Source of the DNA: a virus
Virus genome (UHGV): UHGV-0185805
Reading direction: 5' to 3' (one strand)
DNA length: 17,212 bases
Shown here: piece after piece, positions 1 through 7,800 of the stretch
Position numbering within the stretch: position 1 is the stretch's first letter
How the letters are laid out: each line of letters starts with the position of its first letter
The notes under the pieces: model-generated
Databases searched by the model: none
The model's input: the letters and a program-made list of their open reading frames with translations, nothing else
What the model was told of the DNA's origin: nothing
Program-made: the position numbers and the translations under genes

Positions 1-1230
1 CCACATGCGGTTGTAGTTAGTGTCATTCAGATTGCGCTGTATTTCGTCGTTATCATCTACGCTGCCGGTATTACCCGCAAACGGACGATTAGAGATCACC
101 GCATCGGCCCACGGTTTAGCCGTGTTAAAACCTTCGTTGATGGCGCTATCACGGATCACCACCTGACCGTTGGTATTGGCATCAACATCCAGCGAGCGGC
201 CCAGTTGCGCCACACCATCACCGAAAGCATTGAAACGGCTGTTTACGGCGAGGAAACCGTAGTAAATGTTGGACAGCGTAGCCGGTGCAAACACATACGC
301 TTCTTGCTGAGTACGTGAGTTCACCACGCGGAATTCGGTGTTATCGAACACCACTGCGCCGCGACCAGAAACGATATCCACATCCCCTTCAATGTAGCTG
401 TTGGTCACCAGCGTACGCGGCTGACGATTCGTTTCCAGACGGTTCTGCACACCGCTGTTGGTGACAAAGAAGGTGTTCTGACGACCGAGAATGTTAACGT
501 TGTTAATCTGTACCTGGTCACCATCAGTACGCAGTGCCACCGCCGGATGGTTACCTGCATCTACGCTATCGCCCAGCGTGTTTTCGATGGTCAGATTTTG
601 CAGTTGCAGGCCATTGTTTTGTGACCAGAAGACCGCAGAGCAGAGAACACCGATACTGTCGCTGCGTTTGCTCTGGCAGCTATCGTACATATACCACGCT
701 GGTTTACCTGGCATATATTTGCCGCGCGGGTTGACGTCGTGACGCCAGTCGGCAGGGCTCATGCCACCATCAAGGGAAAGCCCAATCTTCACATCAATCG
801 GTTTTTCACCTGTACCGTACAGAGTAATTCCACCCGGAGCGGCAGGGACATATACCGTTCCCTGATACTCACCAGGCATCACGGCAATATACTGGCGCTT
901 GTTGGTACGCTTGATAATTGCCGCATCTACCGCCGCCTGAATCGTGGTATGCGTTACACCTTGAGTGCCCGCCGGGCCGACAACAAAGTCAGGTTGCGCA
1001 GGCAGGGTAATCGGGGAAGGATTCCACGCTGCAGCACCTGGTGTCAGGGATGCAAAATAGTGTTGAGCATCGAAATTCTGCGCTTCTTTTGCCGACAGAA
1101 TCGGGCGAGAAGAGGTACCAGGCGCGGTTTGATCAGAAGGACGTTGATCGGGCGGGGTTGAGCTACAGGCGGTCAGCGTCACGCCAAAAGCCAATGCCAG
1201 CGCCAGACGGGAAACTGAAAATGTGTTCAC
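1..1230 (-). CDS. ybhC: YbhC-like outer-membrane lipoprotein (pectinesterase-fold); 3' end of gene lies beyond window start; GTG start at 1228-1230
   Basis: Minus-strand translation from GTG (RBS GGAG upstream) reads VNTFSVSRLALALAFGVTLTACSS... (signal peptide plus lipobox LTAC) and stays open to position 1, ending ...NYNRMW in frame. Matches YbhC as remembered; no search run. Not in the ORF track because it runs off the window edge. Confidence 0.85.
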   Translation of the reverse strand, partial: MNTFSVSRLALALAFGVTLTACSSTPPDQRPSDQTAPGTSSRPILSAKEAQNFDAQHYFASLTPGAAAWNPSPITLPAQPDFVVGPAGTQGVTHTTIQAAVDAAIIKRTNKRQYIAVMPGEYQGTVYVPAAPGGITLYGTGEKPIDVKIGLSLDGGMSPADWRHDVNPRGKYMPGKPAWYMYDSCQSKRSDSIGVLCSAVFWSQNNGLQLQNLTIENTLGDSVDAGNHPAVALRTDGDQVQINNVNILGRQNTFFVTNSGVQNRLETNRQPRTLVTNSYIEGDVDIVSGRGAVVFDNTEFRVVNSRTQQEAYVFAPATLSNIYYGFLAVNSRFNAFGDGVAQLGRSLDVDANTNGQVVIRDSAINEGFNTAKPWADAVISNRPFAGNTGSVDDNDEIQRNLNDTNYNRMW

Positions 1231-1265
1231 AGGTTGCTCCGGGCTATGAAATAGAAAAATGAATC

Positions 1266-1364
1266 CGTTGAAGCCTGCTTTTTTATACTAAGTTGGCATT
1301 ATAAAAAAGCATTGCTTATCAATTTGTTGCAACGAACAGGTCACTATCAGTCAAAATAAAATCA
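1266..1364. other. attL (B-O-P') of lambda-type site-specific recombination; 15-bp core GCTTTTTTATACTAA at 1277-1291, P' arm 1292-1364
   Basis: Sequence gaagcctGCTTTTTTATACTAAgttggcattataaaaaagcattgcttatcaatttgttgcaacgaacaggtcactatcagtcaaaataaaatcattatttg reads as bacterial B arm, core, then lambda P' arm running into the 3' end of int, as remembered from lambda attP. Confidence 0.85.
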
Positions 1365-1973
1365 TTATTTGATTTCAATTTTGTCCCACTCCCTGCCTCT
1401 GTCATCACGATACTGTGATGCCATGGTGTCCGACTTATGCCCGAGAAGATGTTGAGCAAACTTATCGCTTATCTGCTTCTCATAGAGTCTTGCAGACAAA
1501 CTGCGCAACTCGTGAAAGGTAGGCGGATCCCCTTCGAAGGAAAGACCTGATGCTTTTCGTGCGCGCATAAAATACCTTGATACTGTGCCGGATGAAAGCG
1601 GTTCACGACGAGTAGATGCAATTATGGTTTCTCCGCCAAGAATCTCTTTGCATTTATCAAGTGTTTCCTTCATTGATATCCCGAGAGCATCAACATGCAA
1701 TGTTGTTGGGATGGCAATTTTTACGCCTGTTTTGCTTTGCTCGACATAAAGATATCCATCTACGATATCAGACCACTTCATTTCGCATAAATCACCAACT
1801 CGCTGCCCGGTAACAACAGCCAGTTCCATTGCAAGTCTGAGCCAACATGGTGATGATTCTGCTGCTTGATAAATTTTCAGGTATTCGTCAGCCGTAAGTC
1901 TTGATCTCCTTACCTCTGATTTTGCTGCGCGAGTGGCAGCGACAGGGTTTGTTGTTATATGGCCTTGTCGCCG
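1365..1973 (-). pseudogene. int: Lambda-type integrase fragment: C-terminal ~202 codons (catalytic domain) only; N-terminal arm-binding and most of core-binding domain absent; in-frame TAG at 1974-1976
   Basis: ORF 1365-1829 (MELAVVTGQRVGDLCEMKWSDIVDGYLYVEQSKTG...DDRGREWDKIEIK) matches the lambda Int C-terminus as remembered. In-frame homology (..GHITTNPVAATRAAKSEVRRSRLTADEYLKIYQAAESSPCWLRLA) extends 48 codons upstream to a TAG stop with no start codon. Catalytic residues (R in TGQR, HELR, GH, SQY) are retained. Confidence 0.85.
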
Positions 1974-2036
1974 CTACTTCGCGCAAGAAATCGACTTCCC
2001 ATTTCTCCCATGGAGTCTTTTTCATAGGCGATACCG

Positions 2037-2525
2037 TTATTTGATAAGAAGTGAAGGTTTCCCAACTTTGAGTTGAGCGCCGGGGATATTTATTCCTGCT
2101 TTTAGTTGGTGTTTGATTGCCAGTTTGTCGGCTTTAATTGTTGTTTCAAACTCAACGTATTCAGGAGGAAGGGCGCTTGAGTCGATTATTTCTACAATTT
2201 CTGACGGTTTGCGGATTGTTACCTGGTGAATACCTGCTCTAATCTTTTTCTTGCCTACCATTTCAAGCGATGACGCTATATATGATATGATGCTGTCAAT
2301 CTTATTTTGAATTACTGCGGCTCGCTCATTCAGTGACTTTGCCTCTTCCTTGAGGCGTTCAGCATAACCAGATTCATTTTTAATGACGGAAAGAAGTTGC
2401 TCTATTTTATCGGTAAATTCTCCTTCCATGCCTTCTATTGTGTCAGCAATCATCTCTGGCTCTAAATCTGAATCCATCAATTTTGCGTATTCATTGGCTA
2501 TTTCATATAGTTTACTCACTGGCAA
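2037..2525 (-). CDS. Phage Gp157-like protein (family commonly found beside RecT/ERF recombinases)
   Basis: 162-aa acidic helical ORF (MPVSKLYEIANEYAKLMDSDLEPEM...) immediately downstream of the RecT-like gene on the same strand. Family assignment is from memory of the Sipho_Gp157 pattern and synteny, not from a search. Confidence 0.5.
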   Translation of the reverse strand: MPVSKLYEIANEYAKLMDSDLEPEMIADTIEGMEGEFTDKIEQLLSVIKNESGYAERLKEEAKSLNERAAVIQNKIDSIISYIASSLEMVGKKKIRAGIHQVTIRKPSEIVEIIDSSALPPEYVEFETTIKADKLAIKHQLKAGINIPGAQLKVGKPSLLIK

Positions 2526-3168
2526 CCTCCAGTTTCGCTTTGCATTCTATGTAAATGGCTTGTACGTTATGCTGCAATTTCATTCCAGATGTCAGGCGAT
2601 ATGCTTCTGCAAAATATCGCTTCAAATCATCCATGTTTTCTGCCTGAGCCATTTCATCACAAAGAAGTTGTGCTTTATCCGTTATTTCCTGCTGGCGTTT
2701 CCGTTCATCTTCGCGGATATCTTCCTCTGATTTGTACGGCATAACTGGTTCAGTCCATACACCTTCTTCTTCGTTTAGTACGTGAATAGCACTATCAAGA
2801 CGTGATGCCTTAGGCCAATACTTGCTTGCACGCTTTACGACCGTCTTTCGCGCCATCTCATTCCAGTGATTTACCCATGGTCCTTTATCGCTGAATGCCG
2901 CCTTGCTTGTTTTCCTTACAGCCTCAATTTCAGCCAGACTCATCTCTTCCGTTAGATAATCACCTGCTGGCGTCTTAACTGTGCAGTAAACGCCAACGAT
3001 ATCACCACGATCACCGAAGGCGTTGTATTTATGGGTTGGTGCTTTATCAAGCCCGTTTGACTCATAGGTATCGTTAGCATGAACAAGTTTTGCCTGACCC
3101 CATGAGATAACACCAGACTCCATTGCAATATGGAGCAATCCCATATAACTGATATCAAGGCAAACCAT
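2512..3168 (-). CDS. recT: RecT-family single-strand annealing recombinase, N-terminally truncated; homology continues upstream to ~3255-3300 with no start codon
   Basis: ORF contains ...GPWVNHWNEMARKTVVKRASKYWP..., comparable to Rac RecT ...GPWVTHWEEMAKKTAIRRLFKYLP... as remembered. Reading upstream in frame gives ...AIINVAAIGITLNPASKLAYLVPRDG (RecT-like) back to a stop at 3301-3303 with no ATG/GTG/TTG, so roughly the first 70 residues of a normal RecT are missing. Confidence 0.7.
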   Translation of the reverse strand: MVCLDISYMGLLHIAMESGVISWGQAKLVHANDTYESNGLDKAPTHKYNAFGDRGDIVGVYCTVKTPAGDYLTEEMSLAEIEAVRKTSKAAFSDKGPWVNHWNEMARKTVVKRASKYWPKASRLDSAIHVLNEEEGVWTEPVMPYKSEEDIREDERKRQQEITDKAQLLCDEMAQAENMDDLKRYFAEAYRLTSGMKLQHNVQAIYIECKAKLEVASE

Positions 3169-3209
3169 GCCGTCGCGCGGAACTAGATAAGCAAGTTTGC
3201 TGGCCGGGT

Positions 3210-3377
3210 TTAAGGTGATGCCGATCGCCGCAACATTGATGATGGCGTAGGGCGGTGTAATACTTCTGAACTTATTGCTTCTTCGCGGGCCAGTACGCCG
3301 TTAGCTAATGCCTTTGCCTTTAAACGCTCACGACGACGAGAACGTGAATTGCCTTTGAACTGAGTTCTGCGTGTCAT
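3210..3377 (-). CDS. N: N-like transcription antiterminator, P22-type arginine-rich motif, truncated (55 codons, 3' part reads out of frame through RecT-derived DNA)
   Basis: First gene downstream of PL on the minus strand, RBS AGGAGG then ATG at 3375-3377: MTRRTQFKGNSRSRRRERLKAKALANGV... resembles the P22 N arginine-rich boxB-binding peptide (GNAKTRRHERRRKLAIER, from memory). A P22-type boxB hairpin lies in its leader. Normal N proteins are about 100 aa. Confidence 0.55.
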   Translation of the reverse strand: MTRRTQFKGNSRSRRRERLKAKALANGVLAREEAISSEVLHRPTPSSMLRRSASP

Positions 3378-3505
3378 ATAGACCTCCTGGTGAACTTTGG
3401 CGGTGAATACAGCCGGGCGACTAACTCCGGTAGCGTAATCATTGCAAAGCGCCTCCGCCGAGAAGGTTAGCTTCTGCATTCACCCCAAAGTTCACTTTGG
3501 TTATT

Positions 3506-3520
3506 GCGCTTTGTCAGCGC
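3506..3520 (-). promoter_or_regulatory. nutL boxB hairpin, P22 type (GCGCUGACAAAGCGC on the leftward transcript)
   Basis: Reverse complement of 3506-3520 is GCGCTGACAAAGCGC: 5-bp stem with GACAA pentaloop, between PL and the N-like start. Matches P22 boxB as remembered. Confidence 0.6.
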
Positions 3521-3578
3521 CGTAGATTCATATTTGAATCGTTGTATATTCACCGCCCTGGTGAGTAGTGCGTCCTGC

Positions 3579-3641
3579 TGATGTGTTTAGTATCACCGCC
3601 AGTGGTATTTATGTCAACACCGCTAGAGATAATTCATCACC
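3579..3641 (-). promoter_or_regulatory. Lambda-type OL1/OL2/OL3 operators with PL promoter (-10 GATACT at 3579-3584, -35 TTGACA at 3602-3607 on minus strand)
   Basis: OL1 TATCACCGCCAGTGGTA 3581-3597; OL2 CAACACCGCTAGAGATA 3605-3621; OL3 CATCACCGCAGATGGTT 3625-3641. 17-nt spacer between -35 and -10. Confidence 0.85.
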
Positions 3642-3802
3642 GCAGATGGTTATCTGTATGTTTTTTATATGAATTTATTTTTTGCAGGGGTGCATTGTTT
3701 GGTAGGTGAGAGATCTGAACTGCTATGTTTAGTGAGTTGTATCTATTTATTTTCAAATAGATACAATTGGTTATGTGTTCTTGGGTGAGGGGGATCGTGA
3801 GG

Positions 3803-3829
3803 CAAAGAAAACCCGGCTCTGTGGCCGGG
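3803..3829 (-). terminator. Rho-independent terminator at the end of the cI (PRM) operon, lambda t_imm-like
   Basis: Stem CCCGGC (3812-3817) / GCCGGG (3824-3829), 6-nt loop, followed on the minus strand by TTTTCTTTG; lies just after the stop of the ORF ending at 3838. Confidence 0.7.
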
Positions 3830-3837
3830 AATAACAT

Positions 3838-4216
3838 TTAGGAATCAAGGTCAGGTAGCATGATTTTCTCAATCAACGTCAATGCCCTTTGGTCTCGTTC
3901 AGCAAAATATTTAGGAGCGTACTGAGGCAGCCACACTTCGTTGAAGTATTGTTTGAAATCTGCAATATTCGTTTGGGTATAGACGTACCGGGAATGTCCG
4001 GCCATCTGGGTACTCATGGTTATATGTTGGGAATGTCTTCGGCTCAACCCCCCGGTTGTCACGGAGCCATTGCGAGAAAACCCTACCCTCTGAAATATCA
4101 GGGACCATTTTTTCTGGCAGCGTATATCCGGCCTGTTCAAGTGGCGCAACCAAGTTAAACGTCAGTTCATTAAGCATAGAAAAGTGCGTATGAGGAACTC
4201 TGCCTCGGTTTGTCAT
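3838..4216 (-). pseudogene. Hypothetical protein in the rexAB position, apparently disrupted by a -1 frameshift near 3985-4000 (ORF 3911-4216 carries the N-terminal part, ORF 3838-4149 the C-terminal part)
   Basis: Two overlapping minus-strand ORFs in different frames. 3911-4216 starts protein-like (MTNRGRVPHTHFSMLNELTFNLVAPLEQAGYTLPEKMVPDISEGRVFSQWLRDNRGVEPKTFPTYNHEYPDGR...) but ends Arg/Ser-rich. 3838-4149 starts junk-like but ends protein-like (...YVYTQTNIADFKQYFNEVWLPQYAPKYFAERDQRALTLIEKIMLPDLDS) right before the terminator. No family recognised. Confidence 0.45.
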
Positions 4217-4255
4217 ATACCGCTTAAGGTGGATAGGGAGTTCGGCAGGCGCTCT

Positions 4256-4597
4256 TTAACCTGACATCCACTCACGCACCCATCTCGATACTTGCACTGC
4301 AAATTTTGGAGATAGCCACTGAGCTAAATTAATTGCGATGTCTGGATGAACCCAAGTCCCTTGATTCTCTGCTCTTCCGCCTTTAAATGATTGAATTAAC
4401 TCCGATATGGGAATCCCCATATCGCGTGATAATTCATCAAAAAAATCTTGTGTTGTTTTTAGTCGTGTATAGTCAGCAAGTAGCTTCCCCGCAGACTTGC
4501 ACATCGCGGTGGCATTGATGTATCCGTCTTTGGTGCGAAGATGGATGACTTCTCCATCAACTTCTCTAGCGATTAATGCAAGTTGAAATTGTGTCAT
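4256..4597 (-). CDS. KilA-N domain protein (stand-alone, 113 aa) immediately downstream of cI
   Basis: ...DGYINATAMCKSAGKLLADYTRLKTTQDFFDEL...WVHPDIAINLAQWLSPKFAVQVSRWVREW fits the KilA-N/Bro-N signature as remembered. AGGA RBS 6 nt upstream of ATG; 31-nt gap after the cI stop. Confidence 0.75.
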   Translation of the reverse strand: MTQFQLALIAREVDGEVIHLRTKDGYINATAMCKSAGKLLADYTRLKTTQDFFDELSRDMGIPISELIQSFKGGRAENQGTWVHPDIAINLAQWLSPKFAVQVSRWVREWMSG

Positions 4598-4628
4598 AAA
4601 TCATCCTATTACGTGAAAAATAAAACAA

Positions 4629-5345
<717 letters not shown>

Positions 5346-5352
5346 TTAAATC

Positions 5353-5418
5353 TATCACCGCAAGGGATAAACTTCTAACACCGTGCGTGTTGACTATTTT
5401 ACCTCTAGCGGTGATAAT
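5353..5418. promoter_or_regulatory. Lambda-type OR3/OR2/OR1 operators with divergent PRM and PR promoters
   Basis: OR3 TATCACCGCAAGGGATA 5353-5369; OR2 TAACACCGTGCGTGTTG 5376-5392; OR1 TACCTCTAGCGGTGATA 5400-5416; PR -35 TTGACT 5390-5395 and -10 GATAAT 5413-5418; RBS TAAGGAGG before cro ATG at 5443. Confidence 0.9.
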
Positions 5419-5442
5419 GGTTGCCTGTACTAAGGAGGTTGT

Positions 5443-5643
5443 ATGGAACAACGCATAACCCTGAAAGATTATGCAATACGCTTTGGGCAAACCAAGACGG
5501 CTAAAGATCTCGGCGTATATCAAAGCGCGATTAACAAGGCCATTCATGCAGGCCGAAAGATTTTTTTAACTATAAACGCTGATGGAAGCGTTTATGCGGA
5601 AGAAATAAAGCCCTTCCCAAGTAACAAAAAAACAACTGCATAA
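5443..5643 (+). CDS. cro: Cro repressor (lambda type, 66 aa)
   Basis: [66 protein letters not shown], two substitutions relative to lambda Cro as remembered. Confidence 0.95.
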   Translation: MEQRITLKDYAIRFGQTKTAKDLGVYQSAINKAIHAGRKIFLTINADGSVYAEEIKPFPSNKKTTA

Positions 5644-5650
5644 GTAACAC

Positions 5651-5696
5651 CGCTCTTTTCACAATGGACATTCGTCCTACGTCGCTGACAAAGCGA
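5651..5696 (+). promoter_or_regulatory. nutR: boxA-like CGCTCTTTT (5651-5659) and P22-type boxB hairpin TCGCTGACAAAGCGA (5682-5696)
   Basis: Located between cro and the cII-like gene, where nutR sits in lambdoid phages. The boxB loop (GACAA) is the same type as nutL. A hairpin ATGCGT-TTCC-ACGCAT at 5727-5742 may be a tR1-like structure. Confidence 0.55.
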
Positions 5697-5780
5697 GCCC
5701 CAAGATATCTGACCAACTAAGGCCATATGCGTTTCCACGCATACCTTTCAACTAACTATTCACTATTGGAAAATTAACAA

Positions 5781-6077
5781 ATGACACAAGCAAGTTATAG
5801 CAAGCCAACACAGCGAGAAATTGATCGCGCTGAAACTGATTTACTCATCAACCTGTCAACGCTTACCCAGCGCGGTCTGGCAAAGATGATTGGCTGTCAT
5901 GAATCGAAGATAAGCAGAACGGACTGGAGGTTTATTGCTTCGGTCTTGTGTGCTTTCGGAATGGCATCAGACATCAGTCCGATTAGCAGGGCTTTTAAGT
6001 ATGCATTGGATGGAATCACAAAGAAAAAATCCCCGGCCGCCACCGAGGATTTTAAGCAAATTGATATGCAATTCTGA
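5781..6077 (+). CDS. cII: CII-like transcriptional activator (98 aa), diverged from lambda CII
   Basis: Position after cro/nutR; C-terminus KKKSPAATEDFKQIDMQF parallels lambda CII NKKRPAATERSEQIQMEF (from memory); central HTH-like segment ...GCHESKISR.... Confidence 0.7.
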   Translation: MTQASYSKPTQREIDRAETDLLINLSTLTQRGLAKMIGCHESKISRTDWRFIASVLCAFGMASDISPISRAFKYALDGITKKKSPAATEDFKQIDMQF

Positions 6078-6109
6078 GGTCATTACTGGATCAATCTACA
6101 GGAGTAATT

Positions 6110-6271
6110 ATGACAAAACGTCGTAAGAAATACCAGGAAAAAGAAGAGATTCGACACCCTGATTCACCTGAGGGATTAGTGGTAGCCGCAGCAAATAACA
6201 GGGCGTTCGCAGAGCGCCTTGTTGGTGTTTACAGACTAGCCAAAGTAGGAGTGAAACATGGGCGTCGTTAA
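6110..6271 (+). CDS. Small hypothetical basic protein (53 aa) with strong RBS, unknown function
   Basis: AGGAG 7 nt upstream of ATG at 6110; MTKRRKKYQEKEEIRHPDSPEGLVVAAANNRAFAERLVGVYRLAKVGVKHGRR; stop at 6269-6271, 1 nt from the converging Q fragment stop. Below the ORF-track length cutoff. Confidence 0.3.
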   Translation: MTKRRKKYQEKEEIRHPDSPEGLVVAAANNRAFAERLVGVYRLAKVGVKHGRR

Positions 6272-6272
6272 G

Positions 6273-6752
6273 TTAGCTGATTGCTGGCATTCTTGAATAG
6301 CCGACACCTTTGCATCTTCCGCACTCTTTCTCAACAACTCTCCCCCACTGCTCCGTTTTGGCTATATCAACCGCACGGCCTGTACCGTGGCAATCTCTGC
6401 ATCTTGCACCCGGCGTCGCGGCACTACGGCAATAATCCGCATAAGCGAATATTGCGAGCACTTGCAGTACCTTTGCCTTAGTATTTCCTTCGAGCTTTGC
6501 CACACCACGGTATTTCCCCGATACCTTGTGTGCAAATTGCATCAGATAGTTGATAGCCTTTTGTTTGTCGTTCTGGCTGAGTTCGTGCTTACCGCAAAAT
6601 GCAGCCATCCCGAATCCGGCCTGTGATTGTGCCATCCCCATAGCAGCCATCACATCAGTACCGGAAAGAGAGTCAGAAGCTGTAGCCCGTGGTGAGTCGC
6701 TAATCATCGGGCTTTTTGGCGAATGAAATTTAGCTACGCTTTCGAGTCTCAT
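6273..6752 (-). CDS. Q: Antitermination protein Q, lambda type, C-terminally truncated (159 of ~207 aa), inverted relative to PR
   Basis: MRLESVAKFHSPKSPMISDSPRATASDSLSGTDVMAAMGMAQSQAGFGMAAFCGKHELSQNDKQKAINYLMQFAHKVSGKYRG...CRDCHGTGRAV...CGRCKGVGYSRMP matches the lambda Q N-terminal region including the zinc-binding cysteines as remembered; the ORF then hits a stop where lambda Q continues. Confidence 0.8.
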   Translation of the reverse strand: MRLESVAKFHSPKSPMISDSPRATASDSLSGTDVMAAMGMAQSQAGFGMAAFCGKHELSQNDKQKAINYLMQFAHKVSGKYRGVAKLEGNTKAKVLQVLAIFAYADYCRSAATPGARCRDCHGTGRAVDIAKTEQWGRVVEKECGRCKGVGYSRMPAIS

Positions 6753-7800
6753 GCGCCTTCTCCCTGTAATCGACCAGAATCATGCCAACACATCCTTTTT
6801 CTCGCTTGATTCGACGACTTTCGCTGACGATTTGAGCCAGAGATAATCCCGGCGTGTCGTCGATGTAAAGCAGGTCGATTTCACTCAAGCGATTGGCTGT
6901 TTCGATCGCCCTGTTGAAGTCACCATCGTAATCACCCTGATAGCCGTCATCAGCGTCATTTGTCGCCGGAAGGTAAAAAATATTCGGGTTAACACCAGAC
7001 TTCTGCCCTACCAGTTTTTCCAGTATCTGGTCACCTGGCATTTCAAGGCTGAACATCAGAGCGGGCTTTTTCTCATGCACTGCGCAGTTGATTGCCATCT
7101 GGCTGTATAGCGTCGTTTTCCCCATCTTAGGGCGAGCGCCAATGACAAACAGAGAGCCTTTCACCAGACCTTTCGGTGACAGCATCCTGTCCAGCGATGG
7201 GATCCCTGTGCTCATTCCTCGTTGTTCGCCTGACGGGTCAAATCGCTTCTCAAGGTCGCTAACCCAGTCTTCCATGACCTCACCAAATGAACGAAGGCCG
7301 CGACGCGATCCGGTTTTTGCATGGTCTGTCAGTTGCGTGAAAATCGACTGAATAGCTTCGTACTTCTGCGTTGCAGTCATTCCGTTGCGGGAATAGAGCA
7401 ATTCCGTCGCTTCAGTCATACGGTTGATGGCGTAGCGTTCCATTGCGGTTTCACGAACCTGCATTGCATAGGCAACGATGTTTGCTGCGCTTGGCGTGTT
7501 CTTTGCGATCTCAGCGATATAAGCAAAACCGCCAACAGACACAGTTAACGATTTACGCTCCAGTTCATCGAAAAGCGTCAGGCCATCTACTGGCTTTTGC
7601 TCCCGGTGCATTCTGGTTATTTCTTCGAAAAGGATTTTGTGTGGCCGGCTGTAAAATGAATCAGGCTTCAGCATCGCCAGAACCTTCTGGACGCGCTCAC
7701 TGCTGTCATCATCCAGAAGCAATCCACCAATCACCGCCTGCTCTGCCTCGATGCTATGGGGCGGCGCATAAAAATTATCGGTCATCGTGTTCACCCTCAC
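6730..7800 (-). CDS. DnaB-family replicative helicase (P22 gp12-like), C-terminally truncated at ~356 aa and abutting the Q start
   Basis: N-terminal DnaB signature SIEAEQAVIGGLLLD and Walker A GARPKMGKTT present; ORF ends ...GMILVDYREKAHETRKRS* just after the helicase motif where DnaB proteins normally continue ~100 aa; its stop overlaps the Q ATG. Confidence 0.75.
   Translation of the reverse strand: MRVNTMTDNFYAPPHSIEAEQAVIGGLLLDDDSSERVQKVLAMLKPDSFYSRPHKILFEEITRMHREQKPVDGLTLFDELERKSLTVSVGGFAYIAEIAKNTPSAANIVAYAMQVRETAMERYAINRMTEATELLYSRNGMTATQKYEAIQSIFTQLTDHAKTGSRRGLRSFGEVMEDWVSDLEKRFDPSGEQRGMSTGIPSLDRMLSPKGLVKGSLFVIGARPKMGKTTLYSQMAINCAVHEKKPALMFSLEMPGDQILEKLVGQKSGVNPNIFYLPATNDADDGYQGDYDGDFNRAIETANRLSEIDLLYIDDTPGLSLAQIVSESRRIKREKGCVGMILVDYREKAHETRKRS

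Noticed and set aside
491-1262. Plus-strand track ORFs 491-742, 534-734, 739-1161, 1041-1262
   Set aside because: They lie antisense to the continuous ybhC reading frame (1-1230, minus) and have Arg/Cys-rich composition typical of shadow ORFs in GC-rich coding DNA.
2383-2730. Plus-strand ORF 2383-2730 (115 aa)
   Set aside because: Antisense to the Gp157-like and RecT-like genes; Ser/Phe/Ile-rich shadow frame.
3637-3837. Minus-strand ORF 3637-3837 (66 aa) between OL and the terminator
   Set aside because: Lies in AT-rich non-coding DNA that matches the lambda OL to t_imm spacer as remembered; no RBS and no protein-like composition.
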